Virus record (IMG/VR): IMGVR_UViG_3300030372_000681 | Span: 1 to 26,156 of that record | Length of the DNA: 26,156 bases | Strand: one strand, 5' to 3' | Origin: a virus | Taxonomy: Duplodnaviria > Caudoviricetes | Shown: one piece after another, positions 16,501-25,700 of the stretch | How positions within the stretch are numbered: position 1 is the stretch's first letter | Layout: the number at the start of each line of letters is the position of its first letter | Notes under the pieces: model-generated | Databases searched by the model: none | Seen by the model: the letters and a program-made list of their open reading frames with translations, nothing else | Told to the model about the DNA's origin: nothing | Program-made: the position numbers and the translations under genes

Positions 16501-17235
16501 GACACAACCGTAGCTACTCAGACAAACTCTAATTTTAATGCCTATACTTTTGGCAATGGTGTAGAGTCAATGGTAATAAGAGAGGATTGGAATGGTAGAC
16601 ATCTTAAATTAAGCCCTAGGGTAAGCACTACGTTTGAGGATTACCAGCAAGAAAGAGCAGAAGAAGCATTAACATATAGTGGTATATACAGAGCGTTTGG
16701 AGAAAACTCTGCTAAAAATAACTTAAATGAGTTCAACCTTTCATTAGCCAACTTTAAATACTTAGATAAGGCTTTTGGTTCTATTCAAAAATTAAATGCT
16801 AGAGACACCGACTTAGTTGTTTTCCAGGAAGATAAAGTATCTAAAGTTTTATTTGGTAAAAACTTACTGTCAGATGCTGTTGGAGGAGGTAGTGTAGCTA
16901 GTATACCAGAGGTGTTAGGTACTCAAATATCTTACGCTGGTGAATATGGTATTAGTAAAAATCCAGAGAGTTTTGCGCAGTGGGGTAATGATATGTATTT
17001 TACAGATGAATATAGAGGAGCAGTATGTAGACTTGGATTACAAGGAGGAATATTTGAAATATCTTCTTTTGGTATGAGTAGTTGGTTTAGAGATTTATTT
17101 ATAGATTTGCCAGGTAAACAGAAAATAGGAGGGATAGACCCATTTAAAGACAAGTACGTACTAACAGCTAGAGATGTAAGTTTATCTACTACTATTGGTT
17201 TTGAAATAATTGATAAAGATCCACAGGGAGGTTAA
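13561..17235 (+). CDS. Tail nozzle/stabilization protein (P22 gp10 / crAss muzzle-like), N-terminal part
   Basis: Characteristic start TFxGGKMNKxLDERxxPxGEYRDALN and beta-propeller-type motifs (LFWTDxxNPPRRLN, YGISxNPESF, YFTDxxRGAVxRL). Confidence 0.72.
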   Translation: MRLTNTFTGGKMNKGLDERIIPKGEYRDALNIEVNNSNGAGIGAVENIRGNTNISNYSFTGDTGMVTIGSIANEATNDIYWMVSGTNFDYVLRYNSDTGATTTSLKDTKGRVLKFDSSFLITGINIINNLLFWTDDKNPPRRLNTNISYATDGFTEDDISVIVRPPLNAPEIDLVTLPPSDSPSNNIELKFLQFSYRYKYENNEYSAMSPFSSIAFMPSTFDYDYGDGDFKSMKNTANSVRISLGTGSSLVKEVQVLFRDTLDSTIFVVDRFNKDKEGWISGLEPSNANAPFINFSSDKIYSALPADELTRLFDNVPLKAKAQDIIGSRLVYGNYVQFFDLKDSNNIDIIPEFSLSHSPVSNASFPSRTFKTDRDYEVGIAYLDDYGRMTTVLTSPENSTYIPSSDANKANNLQLEISSVAPSFAKKYRIFIKQNRGLYYNIFPLYYYVDGLYRYFRINRADVDKVKVGEYIIAKTGDDQSIGTGAQYKVLEVEVKDKDFLGDDEIPGLYFKVRIEDPSIFSGIEIEETSMTSTGWGQSFYEAFPPKPYISNNPPGVAGVGVVNIPIYYGSSQTHNNLYILPGNFSNSKIYQPNPALTQDCRIRVYMNSSTTYSLFYFNNGSYDIYDLSNVGISFPQTIPANGEVDIRDPYNTTSFLTKIKFPHSSGYRPGDYWIVNIHGQFGSYDDKTLYGETTFVTELNNSSDPNMDLPLFDTGVNEAYREKNNMVGFAIPCNRPWSPSSGSDVQQSEVQPGVFTQDRPIEAAAVIRMTIRDRNGSLGGEGSEGWQAEMRWVSPKKYANLEEWFWESLAYKKFIQISSRTNKDIGPQNVFFRRGFDRTDKYFPGHVNGSGSSNTNYITQVNTSITEDNWSERITTNPSWMIIKGTGISYDSADGFIDALFDDYTSRPSNIAVKLEVLQSSETSAFETEGKENVDDVFHETNLTLDIFTDPEGRKVHSGSLNGQNQIVGNGPAIVNLLDDTTVATQTNSNFNAYTFGNGVESMVIREDWNGRHLKLSPRVSTTFEDYQQERAEEALTYSGIYRAFGENSAKNNLNEFNLSLANFKYLDKAFGSIQKLNARDTDLVVFQEDKVSKVLFGKNLLSDAVGGGSVASIPEVLGTQISYAGEYGISKNPESFAQWGNDMYFTDEYRGAVCRLGLQGGIFEISSFGMSSWFRDLFIDLPGKQKIGGIDPFKDKYVLTARDVSLSTTIGFEIIDKDPQGG

Positions 17236-17238
17236 ATA

Positions 17239-19227
17239 ATGAGTACACTTACATTTCCATCTACAGAATTTACAAATGAGTTAAGAGTAACGTCTAACTC
17301 TACGTGGACTATAACACTACAAGATTTAGGTAGTGGCGTTAGTATTGTTAAAATAAACGATGTAGTAATAGGTTCAGGAACGTATCAGGGCTCAGGTAAC
17401 GAAGATGTTAGAATAACATTCCTAGCTAATTCCTCTGGTTCAGACAGGAGCGTTCAACTAACTCTTACATCATCTCAAACAGATGTTATCACATTAAAAC
17501 AATCTAAAGCAGAAAGTGTTACTAGGGTAGTAGTAGTTTTAAATAATGCTGTAGACAATGGTCATACAGCCACTCAAGCCTATACGTATACTAGCAATTC
17601 TGGTAGCGATATACAATTTCCAAACACTGGATTTACTACTAATAGTGCATCTTTATTTAATTCATACTCTAATTATGAAGGAATGGGGTCTATACCTGTA
17701 GATGGTGATACCATTGAGTTAAAAGCTCTCGAAGCTGGAACTGCTACTCAGCAACCGTTTTCTTCTTCACTTGGTAGTAGAATGCTTTATCATATTAGTG
17801 ATGATGTTTATGACTTAGATACTGCTGATGATTTATCTAAGATAGCTACTAACGTAACACCTACTTTAGCTGCTGGAACTTATACATCTAGTTTTACTTA
17901 TACTAGAGCAAATAAAAAATACTTATACTTAATATTTGATTATAGAAATAATGTTACTGCATCAGGTGCAACTTTATCAATGGCTAGTGGTGTTACTACC
18001 GATACAACTTTTAACACTAAAATAAATTTTGATGTAATAAGAGGTAGAGCTACTATTGGGTATAATGCAAATACTACGGCTAACACATTTATATTAAAGT
18101 TAAATAATAATGAAATTTTTAATAGTGGTGCTGTAACTGGAGCAGGTACTATAAGTTTTTTAAAAACATCTAACACTGATAATGTATATGACTTACAGGT
18201 ATTAACTACTGGCACTGATGATGGTTGGTCTATAACGCCTAGTTTACCTTCATTAACTTCTTTTGTTTTAGATACTACAGGAACTACATTTGCTTTAGTT
18301 TGTGCTAACACTGCATCTACTACTAAATACCATAATGGCACAGCAGCACTTCCAGCTACAGGAGATATAATATATGACAATTCTACTGGCACTGTTTTTT
18401 ACGATGGTAATGATCAATTTCATAAAGTAGGTGCTAATAACTATGCTAGTATAAATACTAAGGGACTTGTTTTAAATGGTGGGGTTTGTACTACATGCAC
18501 TGAAGTAGCTGTTCCTGTAATAAATTCTACGACTATAGATGCTCAAACTGGAAGAGGTTTTAGTTTTATTATAGACGCTACAAATAATCCTGAAGAATTT
18601 AATATTGTTTCTACTTGTTTAGAGTATGTTTTAGAAGGTGGTTCTAAAGGTGCTTTATTTAGTTATACTAACTGCAAATCAGGATTAACAGAAAAAACAA
18701 ATGTACCAATAGAAAATGTAGTAAATATAAGCTCTACAACAGTCCCTACTTTAATAAATGGAACAGGTACTTCTACCGCTGGAGCTATTTCTTTTACAGG
18801 TGCGTTACCTGAAAATTTTAGTTTAAATAGTCTAACTGGGCAGATTAGCTGTACTAATCCTCGATCAGGGACTTATACATTTACCATGACCGCTACTAAT
18901 TGTTTTGGAACAAGTGCTTCAACTTTAATTACTGTTAATGTAGCACCTAATATAAATTTAAGAAAATACAATATGGATATATCTAATCCACAAACTACAA
19001 GTACATTGGCTTGTGCGGTAACTCCTTCATATGCTCAAATGTATCACAATGGTAAAAATGATTATCCAGTAGTAAATGATTTTGTATATAATTTATTAGG
19101 TTCTAAATTGGTTAGATTTGCAGGTGGGTATAAATATTATATAACAGACGAATTGACAGGAGGAAAAAATAATATACTAAGAATAGATGATATTGGACAA
19201 GTAGTTGAAAAAGTAGTATGCCCTTAA
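17239..19227 (+). CDS. Thr/Ser-rich multi-domain adhesin-like tail protein (BACON-like, Ig-like, and two Cys-bounded repeats)
   Basis: N-terminal VTSNxxW..GSG...V.ITFxAN....R...T.....I.LKQ. He_PIG-like LP..FSLNxxTGQI......GTYTFTxTATN. Two YHNG..P..GD/ND repeats. Confidence 0.65.
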   Translation: MSTLTFPSTEFTNELRVTSNSTWTITLQDLGSGVSIVKINDVVIGSGTYQGSGNEDVRITFLANSSGSDRSVQLTLTSSQTDVITLKQSKAESVTRVVVVLNNAVDNGHTATQAYTYTSNSGSDIQFPNTGFTTNSASLFNSYSNYEGMGSIPVDGDTIELKALEAGTATQQPFSSSLGSRMLYHISDDVYDLDTADDLSKIATNVTPTLAAGTYTSSFTYTRANKKYLYLIFDYRNNVTASGATLSMASGVTTDTTFNTKINFDVIRGRATIGYNANTTANTFILKLNNNEIFNSGAVTGAGTISFLKTSNTDNVYDLQVLTTGTDDGWSITPSLPSLTSFVLDTTGTTFALVCANTASTTKYHNGTAALPATGDIIYDNSTGTVFYDGNDQFHKVGANNYASINTKGLVLNGGVCTTCTEVAVPVINSTTIDAQTGRGFSFIIDATNNPEEFNIVSTCLEYVLEGGSKGALFSYTNCKSGLTEKTNVPIENVVNISSTTVPTLINGTGTSTAGAISFTGALPENFSLNSLTGQISCTNPRSGTYTFTMTATNCFGTSASTLITVNVAPNINLRKYNMDISNPQTTSTLACAVTPSYAQMYHNGKNDYPVVNDFVYNLLGSKLVRFAGGYKYYITDELTGGKNNILRIDDIGQVVEKVVCP

Positions 19228-19237
19228 ATAAATAGAT

Positions 19238-19975
19238 ATGCCACAGTATACATTAACATATTCAGAAAGAGACAAGGGATGGACATCATTTCATTCTTTT
19301 ATACCAGAGGCTATGGTGTTTATGGATAACAACTACTATACATTTAAAAATGGTCAGTTATATAAGCACTATAGTAACGCTACTAGAAACAATTATTATG
19401 GTATTAATTATGACACTACTATAACATCTATACTAAACGATAGCCCATTACAAGCTAAGATGTTTAAAACTGTTCAGCTAAATAGTAATAAACCTTGGAG
19501 AACAGAAATCACTACTGATATGACTACTGGTTTTATTGACTCAACAGCTTATGTATTAAAAGAAGGTGATTATTACGCATATATAAAAAGAGTCGCTGGT
19601 AATACAGATTTAAGTTTAATGTCAGCGCAGGGTGTAGGTAATGTAACAACTGTTACAGGTACATCTCCAGGTTCTATTGTATTTGACTTTGCTTTTGATA
19701 TAGGTAGTATAATTGCAATAGGTGATGTTTTATATAGGGATAATAGTGGTATTGAATTAATAGGTACTATAACTGCTTTAACATCTACGTCAATAACTGT
19801 AGCTGCTACAAGTATAACTCCTGTTGCAGGAGACTTTATATTATATTTAAAGAATGCTCAGGCTGAATCTTATGGTTCAAGGGGTTATTATGCTGAATTA
19901 AAATTAACTTATACGGGTACTGATAGTGTTGAATTGTTTGCAATAGACAGTGAGATATTTAAAAGTTTTCCTTAA
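19238..19975 (+). CDS. Tail nozzle/stabilization protein, separate C-terminal part
   Basis: Begins TLTYSExxKGWTSFHSFIPE..YYTFKNGQLYKH..RNNYYG and contains KEGDYY and RGYY. From recall, these motifs form the C-terminal portion of single-chain nozzle proteins. Confidence 0.6.
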   Translation: MPQYTLTYSERDKGWTSFHSFIPEAMVFMDNNYYTFKNGQLYKHYSNATRNNYYGINYDTTITSILNDSPLQAKMFKTVQLNSNKPWRTEITTDMTTGFIDSTAYVLKEGDYYAYIKRVAGNTDLSLMSAQGVGNVTTVTGTSPGSIVFDFAFDIGSIIAIGDVLYRDNSGIELIGTITALTSTSITVAATSITPVAGDFILYLKNAQAESYGSRGYYAELKLTYTGTDSVELFAIDSEIFKSFP

Positions 19976-19980
19976 ATTAG

Positions 19981-19988
19981 TATCTTTG
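19981..19988 (+). promoter_or_regulatory. -7 promoter element TATCTTTG
   Basis: In the intergenic gap about 26 nt before ATG 20015, upstream of the candidate ejection genes. Confidence 0.7.
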
Positions 19989-20014
19989 TAACAAATAAAA
20001 TAAATAAATAAATT

Positions 20015-20902
20015 ATGGCTGGATCATTATTAGCTGCTATCGCTCCTTCTGTTATTAATTACGCCTTAAGTACACAGCAAACTCAACAGGGTAAAAACGA
20101 TTTAAGAAAAGCTGAACAAGCTCAAGCTAAGGCTATATCCGCTATGAGAGCTGTAGAGATTCAAAACATGTTAGAGGCGTTACAGGTTCCTACTCTAGGA
20201 GCAGAGGTTCGAGAAAGAGGTATTACAAGAGGATTAGCTGGTGGTGTTGAAGCAGCGCAAGAAGGTGGCCCTGAAGCTATTATAGGTGGTTTACCTAGAA
20301 TGCAGGCACAAGCTGACGTAGCTTCTGCTCAAATAGCTGGAGATTTAGATACATTAGAGGCTCAAAGAGATAGAGCAGTATTAGCTCAAGATCAAGCTAT
20401 TGAGATGGAAAGAAAACAAAGAGAATTAGACATTCAAAATATGATATTAGGAGGAGCTGGTAGGGCTGCGGCAGATGCTCAAAGATTACAGCAGATAGGG
20501 CAATATGGTCAAATGCAAGCTTTAGCTGGCATAGGAACTGCTGGAGTAGCTGCATTAAATCCTTACGGAATGCAACCAAAAGAAACAGCCGTTGATACAA
20601 CCACATCTATTAGTCCCACCGCTTCAATGGGGCAAACGGGGATGTCTGGTTTAGCTAGAAATCAAGTGTTTGATCCTACTGTTACCTTACAAGGTTTAAA
20701 TGATTCAAGTATGACTTTCAATCAAATAGGTCAATACAATCCTATAACTCAAGGAATGTCACTAACTCCTACTACTCCTACGTCATTTCAACCATCTTAC
20801 TTCCAATCATTAATGGAACAAAATGCTTCTTTCGATCCCACGGTATCATTGTTTGGCCAGTATCAAAATCCAGCTAGTCCATTTAACACAAGAATTAAAT
20901 AA
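20015..20902 (+). CDS. Putative internal virion/DNA ejection protein
   Basis: Ala/Gly/Gln-rich and helical with a hydrophobic N-terminus and a low-complexity tail. First gene after the tail module. Confidence 0.55.
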   Translation: MAGSLLAAIAPSVINYALSTQQTQQGKNDLRKAEQAQAKAISAMRAVEIQNMLEALQVPTLGAEVRERGITRGLAGGVEAAQEGGPEAIIGGLPRMQAQADVASAQIAGDLDTLEAQRDRAVLAQDQAIEMERKQRELDIQNMILGGAGRAAADAQRLQQIGQYGQMQALAGIGTAGVAALNPYGMQPKETAVDTTTSISPTASMGQTGMSGLARNQVFDPTVTLQGLNDSSMTFNQIGQYNPITQGMSLTPTTPTSFQPSYFQSLMEQNASFDPTVSLFGQYQNPASPFNTRIK

Positions 20903-20906
20903 TATT

Positions 20907-22757
20907 ATGTCAGAATCAGCAAAGTATGCAGGATACGTAAGAAGAGATACACCTATTGACTGGAGTCAGGTAGCTAGTGATGTAGTAGATAAGCTAGGTG
21001 ATATTGAAAAAGACAAGGCTGCTTTTAGAGAAAAGAATGATAAGCTTGCTGCCGATGCTATAGCAAAAGTAAGTGAGTATGAGGCAGGGCAAAATCCTGA
21101 GCTAAACCAATTGGCTTATGATATGATAGCTGATGGTAGAAGTACTATTTCCTCTTTACACGACAAACTAAAAAGAAGAGAGATTAGTCCTGATGCTTAT
21201 AATAGAGCTCTTATGTCAATGCAAGAGCAGAACGCAAGTTTTCAAAACATATTAACCACATACAATACAGATTTAGAAAGAATTAATAAAGGTTTAGATG
21301 ATGGTACGTTAGGTGCTGGATCTCAGTGGATGGTAGATAAATTAGCAGACCTATCTGATTTAAGAGATAAAAAATTCCAATGGGTTCCTAATAAAAATGG
21401 TATAACTAATCTATATATTACTTCAGTAGATGAAGATGGTAATATGACTAAAGAGCCTATGTCACTAGGTTCTGTAAGAGATTTAGGTAAGACTGACTTT
21501 GTAAAGTATGATCTAGCAGGAGATGTAAATAAGCTTGTTAAGAGTATGGAGGTTTATACAGACCCAAGTGGTAGAATTAGAGATGTAAGACAAAATGATG
21601 AATATAAAGATGCTAAACAAGCAACTATAAACGCAGCATTGGCTACTGATAATCAAGTGTTAAGTATACTTACAGATTATGGTGACTATACTATTTATGG
21701 AGAAGGCGATGAGGTCCCTAGTGAAAGAGGTGTAATACCTGATTATGAAACAAATGAGTTTGTTGAGGGAGATATAAATAAAGGTGTAAAAATGGTTCTC
21801 AATAGAAACGGACAATATGTACCTGAAATAACACCTGAGCTTAGAAAAAAAGCAGCTGAAATAGTTGATAAAAACATAGAGGGAAGAGTAGGTAGAATAG
21901 TAACACCTTACACACCGCGTAGAGGTGATGATAAAGACCCTAGTGGATATAATCAAGCCCAGATAGGAAGATTCAGAAAAGGATACGATGTTACTTGGGA
22001 AGCGGCTATGGGAGAAAGCTTTGAGGGTATGAGTGATCAGTATGAATTTATGGTAGTCGAAGACGGTATAAATGTTTACAAACTATCTGATAGTGGTAAG
22101 AGAGGTAGAAAAGTAAATGACAAACCACTGCCCTTAGGAAAAGCTAAAACTGCTGAGTATTTATCAAAATACACTAAAGAATTTGGATCATCAGAACAGC
22201 AAGGTAAATGGGACGTTATTCACAAAAAAGAAGCTAGACAAGATGTTGATTTAGTAACGGTAGGAGAAGATGTTGGCGTTAAGGCTTACTCTCCAAGTGT
22301 TGAAGATTATAAAATATTAACAGATAACGAAACTAACTTATACAGTTTAGTTGATGCAGGGCAAGATCAAGCAAGCCTAGATAAGTCAAAGGGAGCTATA
22401 AAACAATTTATACAAAGTAAAGCTCCTAGAGCTAAAATAGAATTTAAAAGTGAGAATAAGACATCAAATGCTGATGATTATACTGAAACTACTATAATTA
22501 TAAATGGAGAAGAAGTACCTACGAAAATACTTCACGAAAAAATGTCAGGTCCACTTTCAAAAGTAAAATACGATAAAGACGAATTTGTTAAGGCTATAAA
22601 AGAAGCTGTTAATATTGGTAGAAAGAAAAAAAGATTTATAGCTCAAGCTCCAGGTCAAAATCCACCCGTAAAAAGAAAAACTATAGCTGAAATAATGGCG
22701 GCAAATCCAGGTATGAGCGTTTCTGAAGCAACAGAAATATTTAAAAATCAAAGTTAA
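20907..22757 (+). CDS. Putative internal virion/ejection protein, 616 aa
   Basis: Start moved to ATG 20907 (4 nt after the previous stop, A-rich context). Charged helical protein in the ejection-gene position. Confidence 0.6.
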   Translation: MSESAKYAGYVRRDTPIDWSQVASDVVDKLGDIEKDKAAFREKNDKLAADAIAKVSEYEAGQNPELNQLAYDMIADGRSTISSLHDKLKRREISPDAYNRALMSMQEQNASFQNILTTYNTDLERINKGLDDGTLGAGSQWMVDKLADLSDLRDKKFQWVPNKNGITNLYITSVDEDGNMTKEPMSLGSVRDLGKTDFVKYDLAGDVNKLVKSMEVYTDPSGRIRDVRQNDEYKDAKQATINAALATDNQVLSILTDYGDYTIYGEGDEVPSERGVIPDYETNEFVEGDINKGVKMVLNRNGQYVPEITPELRKKAAEIVDKNIEGRVGRIVTPYTPRRGDDKDPSGYNQAQIGRFRKGYDVTWEAAMGESFEGMSDQYEFMVVEDGINVYKLSDSGKRGRKVNDKPLPLGKAKTAEYLSKYTKEFGSSEQQGKWDVIHKKEARQDVDLVTVGEDVGVKAYSPSVEDYKILTDNETNLYSLVDAGQDQASLDKSKGAIKQFIQSKAPRAKIEFKSENKTSNADDYTETTIIINGEEVPTKILHEKMSGPLSKVKYDKDEFVKAIKEAVNIGRKKKRFIAQAPGQNPPVKRKTIAEIMAANPGMSVSEATEIFKNQS

Positions 22758-22765
22758 TAAAAATC

Positions 22766-25700
22766 ATGTTTGAAATAGAAGACTTATTTGATTTAACACT
22801 AGAAGGAGCATTCTCTAATAAAGAAGAGTTTCTTCAATTTGCTTCCAATGCTTCAGATGAAGATCTATATTCTGTACTACAAGAGGGTGCTTTTACAGAT
22901 ATTAATGAGTTTGTGTCTTTAAAAAAAAAAGACGAAACCGAGGCTTTGGATTCAGCTACAGAGGAAGTTACTACTACTGTGGATTCAGAAACAGCCCCAA
23001 TGCCTCAGCCTTCGGCATCTTTAGATTCCCAAACAAGTGAAATAATTTCTCAATCTCAAGTCCCTGGAAGTGTTACACAAATAGTGGAACAAATAGAAGA
23101 GGTTGATGGTCAACCACAAATAGTTAAGAATTTTATACTTACTAAGGAAGCAAAACTTTCTGACGCAATAAGAAATAATAGGTTTGAAGATCCCATAACA
23201 GGAACAGTGTTTGAAACTGGTATTCCTGAAATCTATCCTGAGACTCACGCTATATATAAAAGAGCATTACAAAAAGCTGAGAATGATTTATTGAATCAAG
23301 TATTTGACGAGGATGAAGATATGTTTGGTAAAGAAGGAGATCTTAGTCCAGAAAAAACTTTATCTAATCTATACAGAGAAAAAAGAAATAAAGAGTTTGA
23401 AATACAACAGGTTCAAAATAGAATTGATATTATACCAGAAGGTAATCCTGATTTAAAAAAGTTTGAGGATATTAAAAACTCTCTTACTGGTGAACTTAAC
23501 GATATAAACAAAAGATTTGATGAAGTGTCTTCTGAAAGAGCTAAGATGGATGACACAGGTCAAGTATATAATCCTTATACGGGTGAAGATATAGCTAAGA
23601 TAGATGCTCCTGTAGAGATAGTTCAGGATGAAACTAACGTAAGTAATCAAGCAGAGAATATAGCTAAAACAAAAACCAACGAACAAATAGAGGAGTCTTT
23701 AATTGATATTAGATTTCAAATACTAAACCAAGGGAAGAAGGTTTCTGATAACATGCAAGATGTTTTAGATGGTATGATTACTACTGAGCTAATGTTTTTT
23801 GGGGACCAAACAGAAAGTGGTTTAAAGAATTTACCTCAAGTAGAAGATGAGAGATTAAGAAAAAAACCACTGAAGATATACAGTGAAAATATTGAAGCTA
23901 AAAAATATAACAGGTTAATAGACCAGTATCACGCATTAGATAGAGCATTAAGGTTAAATGTTGATCCTACTCAGATTAAAACAAAGGGTGGTTCAATTGT
24001 GGATTTTAAGTCACCTACTGAAAGTCCTTTTTTTGATTTTAAACAAAGTCCTGATGGTTTTTTTGAATTTGGATTAATAAGTGGATTTGCAGGTGAAGAG
24101 CCCGCCAGAGAAGGTTGGGGTACCACTAAAATGAAAGCAGCTGATTTTATAGATGGATTAGAAGCAGCTGGGTTTGTTAATATACCAGAAGAAACCAAGA
24201 AGAGAGTAGAGAAAACTTTTTTTGAAGAAGCCTCAGAGTTTGGTGGAAACTTAACAAGTATGGTTGCTGAACTGTCTATAGGTAGAGGCGCATTAAAAGG
24301 AGTTGGAGTATTGGGTAAAGGGAGAACTGCGGTAAGATTTAAAAAAGGATTAGAAGCTTTAGGAGCTTCTACTAAAAATAAATATATAAAAGGAGGATTA
24401 AAAATACTAGGTTCAGGTGTTGATGAGGCTCTTGTATTTGCTACTACTGGTGCCCTAACTGGAAAAGAAGAGGCGTATGATCCTATTTTTGGAGCTGCGT
24501 TAGGTACAGGTGGAGAGGTAGCTAACTTAGGTTTGAAATTTGTTAGCAAACTACCAATAGTAAATAAAATTAGTGAAAGGTTAAAAGACCTTCCTTTTTA
24601 TAATACAGGTGCTCAAGTTGGTGAATCAGTTCTTGGTGCTGGAACAGGTACTGCTGTTTTATACGCTGCTGAAATTGTAGATGGAATAGCTACAGAAGAT
24701 AAGGAGTTTGCTGAAATAGTTAAAGATGTGGCGGGAGATGATCCAGAAGAAAAGGCTATGTTATTATTTACTACAATGTTAGCTGGTAATATGTCTAAAG
24801 GATTTCCTCAGTTTTTTAAAAACTTAAGAAAAGATATAGGCAATATAAAAAACAAAAAGTTTGAATCTAAACTAAGAGATTACGTAAATAAAACTAAACC
24901 TAAACAACCTGATGCTAGACCTGATGCTCCATTACAAATACAGGAAGCTATATTACAAATAAATAAAAAGGGTACACCAGGAGAAAAACTAGAGGCTCAA
25001 GAGTTTATAGATGGTGTAGAAACCGTGCAATCAATAGAGGGTGTAAAAAAATTAGCTGAGTCAATAGAAAATAAAGAGTTAAAAGAAGTAGAACAAGTAG
25101 AATTAGTTGATAATATTTCTAATCAAATAGTAGAGAATCCAAAGATTACTACTACTGAAATAGCACTAAGCCAGCCTGAGATAAAATCTATAATAACTTC
25201 AAGTGAAGCTGACCTTAAGTCCTTACATAATAAAATTAAGAAACAATTCGAGGATGGCGTAATTAGTGCTGAAGAGGCTAAACTTGCTAGAAACTCAATA
25301 CAAGAAGTTATAAATATAAAGAAAACTAGGTTTGCTACTATAACAAATGTTGATAAGCAGGCTGAAGGTATTGGTATAGAGTTAGATTTAATAAGAGTAA
25401 AAAAACAAATATCTGATTTAGAAAGTCAAGTTCTTACAGCTGATGGTACTGAAAAATTTTTAGATCCTAAAAAATCTGAATTACAATCTTTAGAAAAACA
25501 ACTAGAAGACTTTAAAAACTTTAGAGAGCCAGAGCTAGTAGCTGAGGTGGTACCTGAAGAGCCAGAATTAGTAGCTGAAGTAGTTACTGAACCAACTGAA
25601 GAAGTTTTAGTGGAGGGGAAGCAAGAGGTTGATAATCTAACTGAAGGTTCTGCTAGTACAACTAAACCAATAAAAATATATAAAGGTATTGGTGGTAAGA

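Noticed and set aside
20823-20906. 28-codon N-terminal extension of the 644-aa ORF
   Set aside because: It overlaps the previous gene by 80 nt. ATG 20907 has a typical context.
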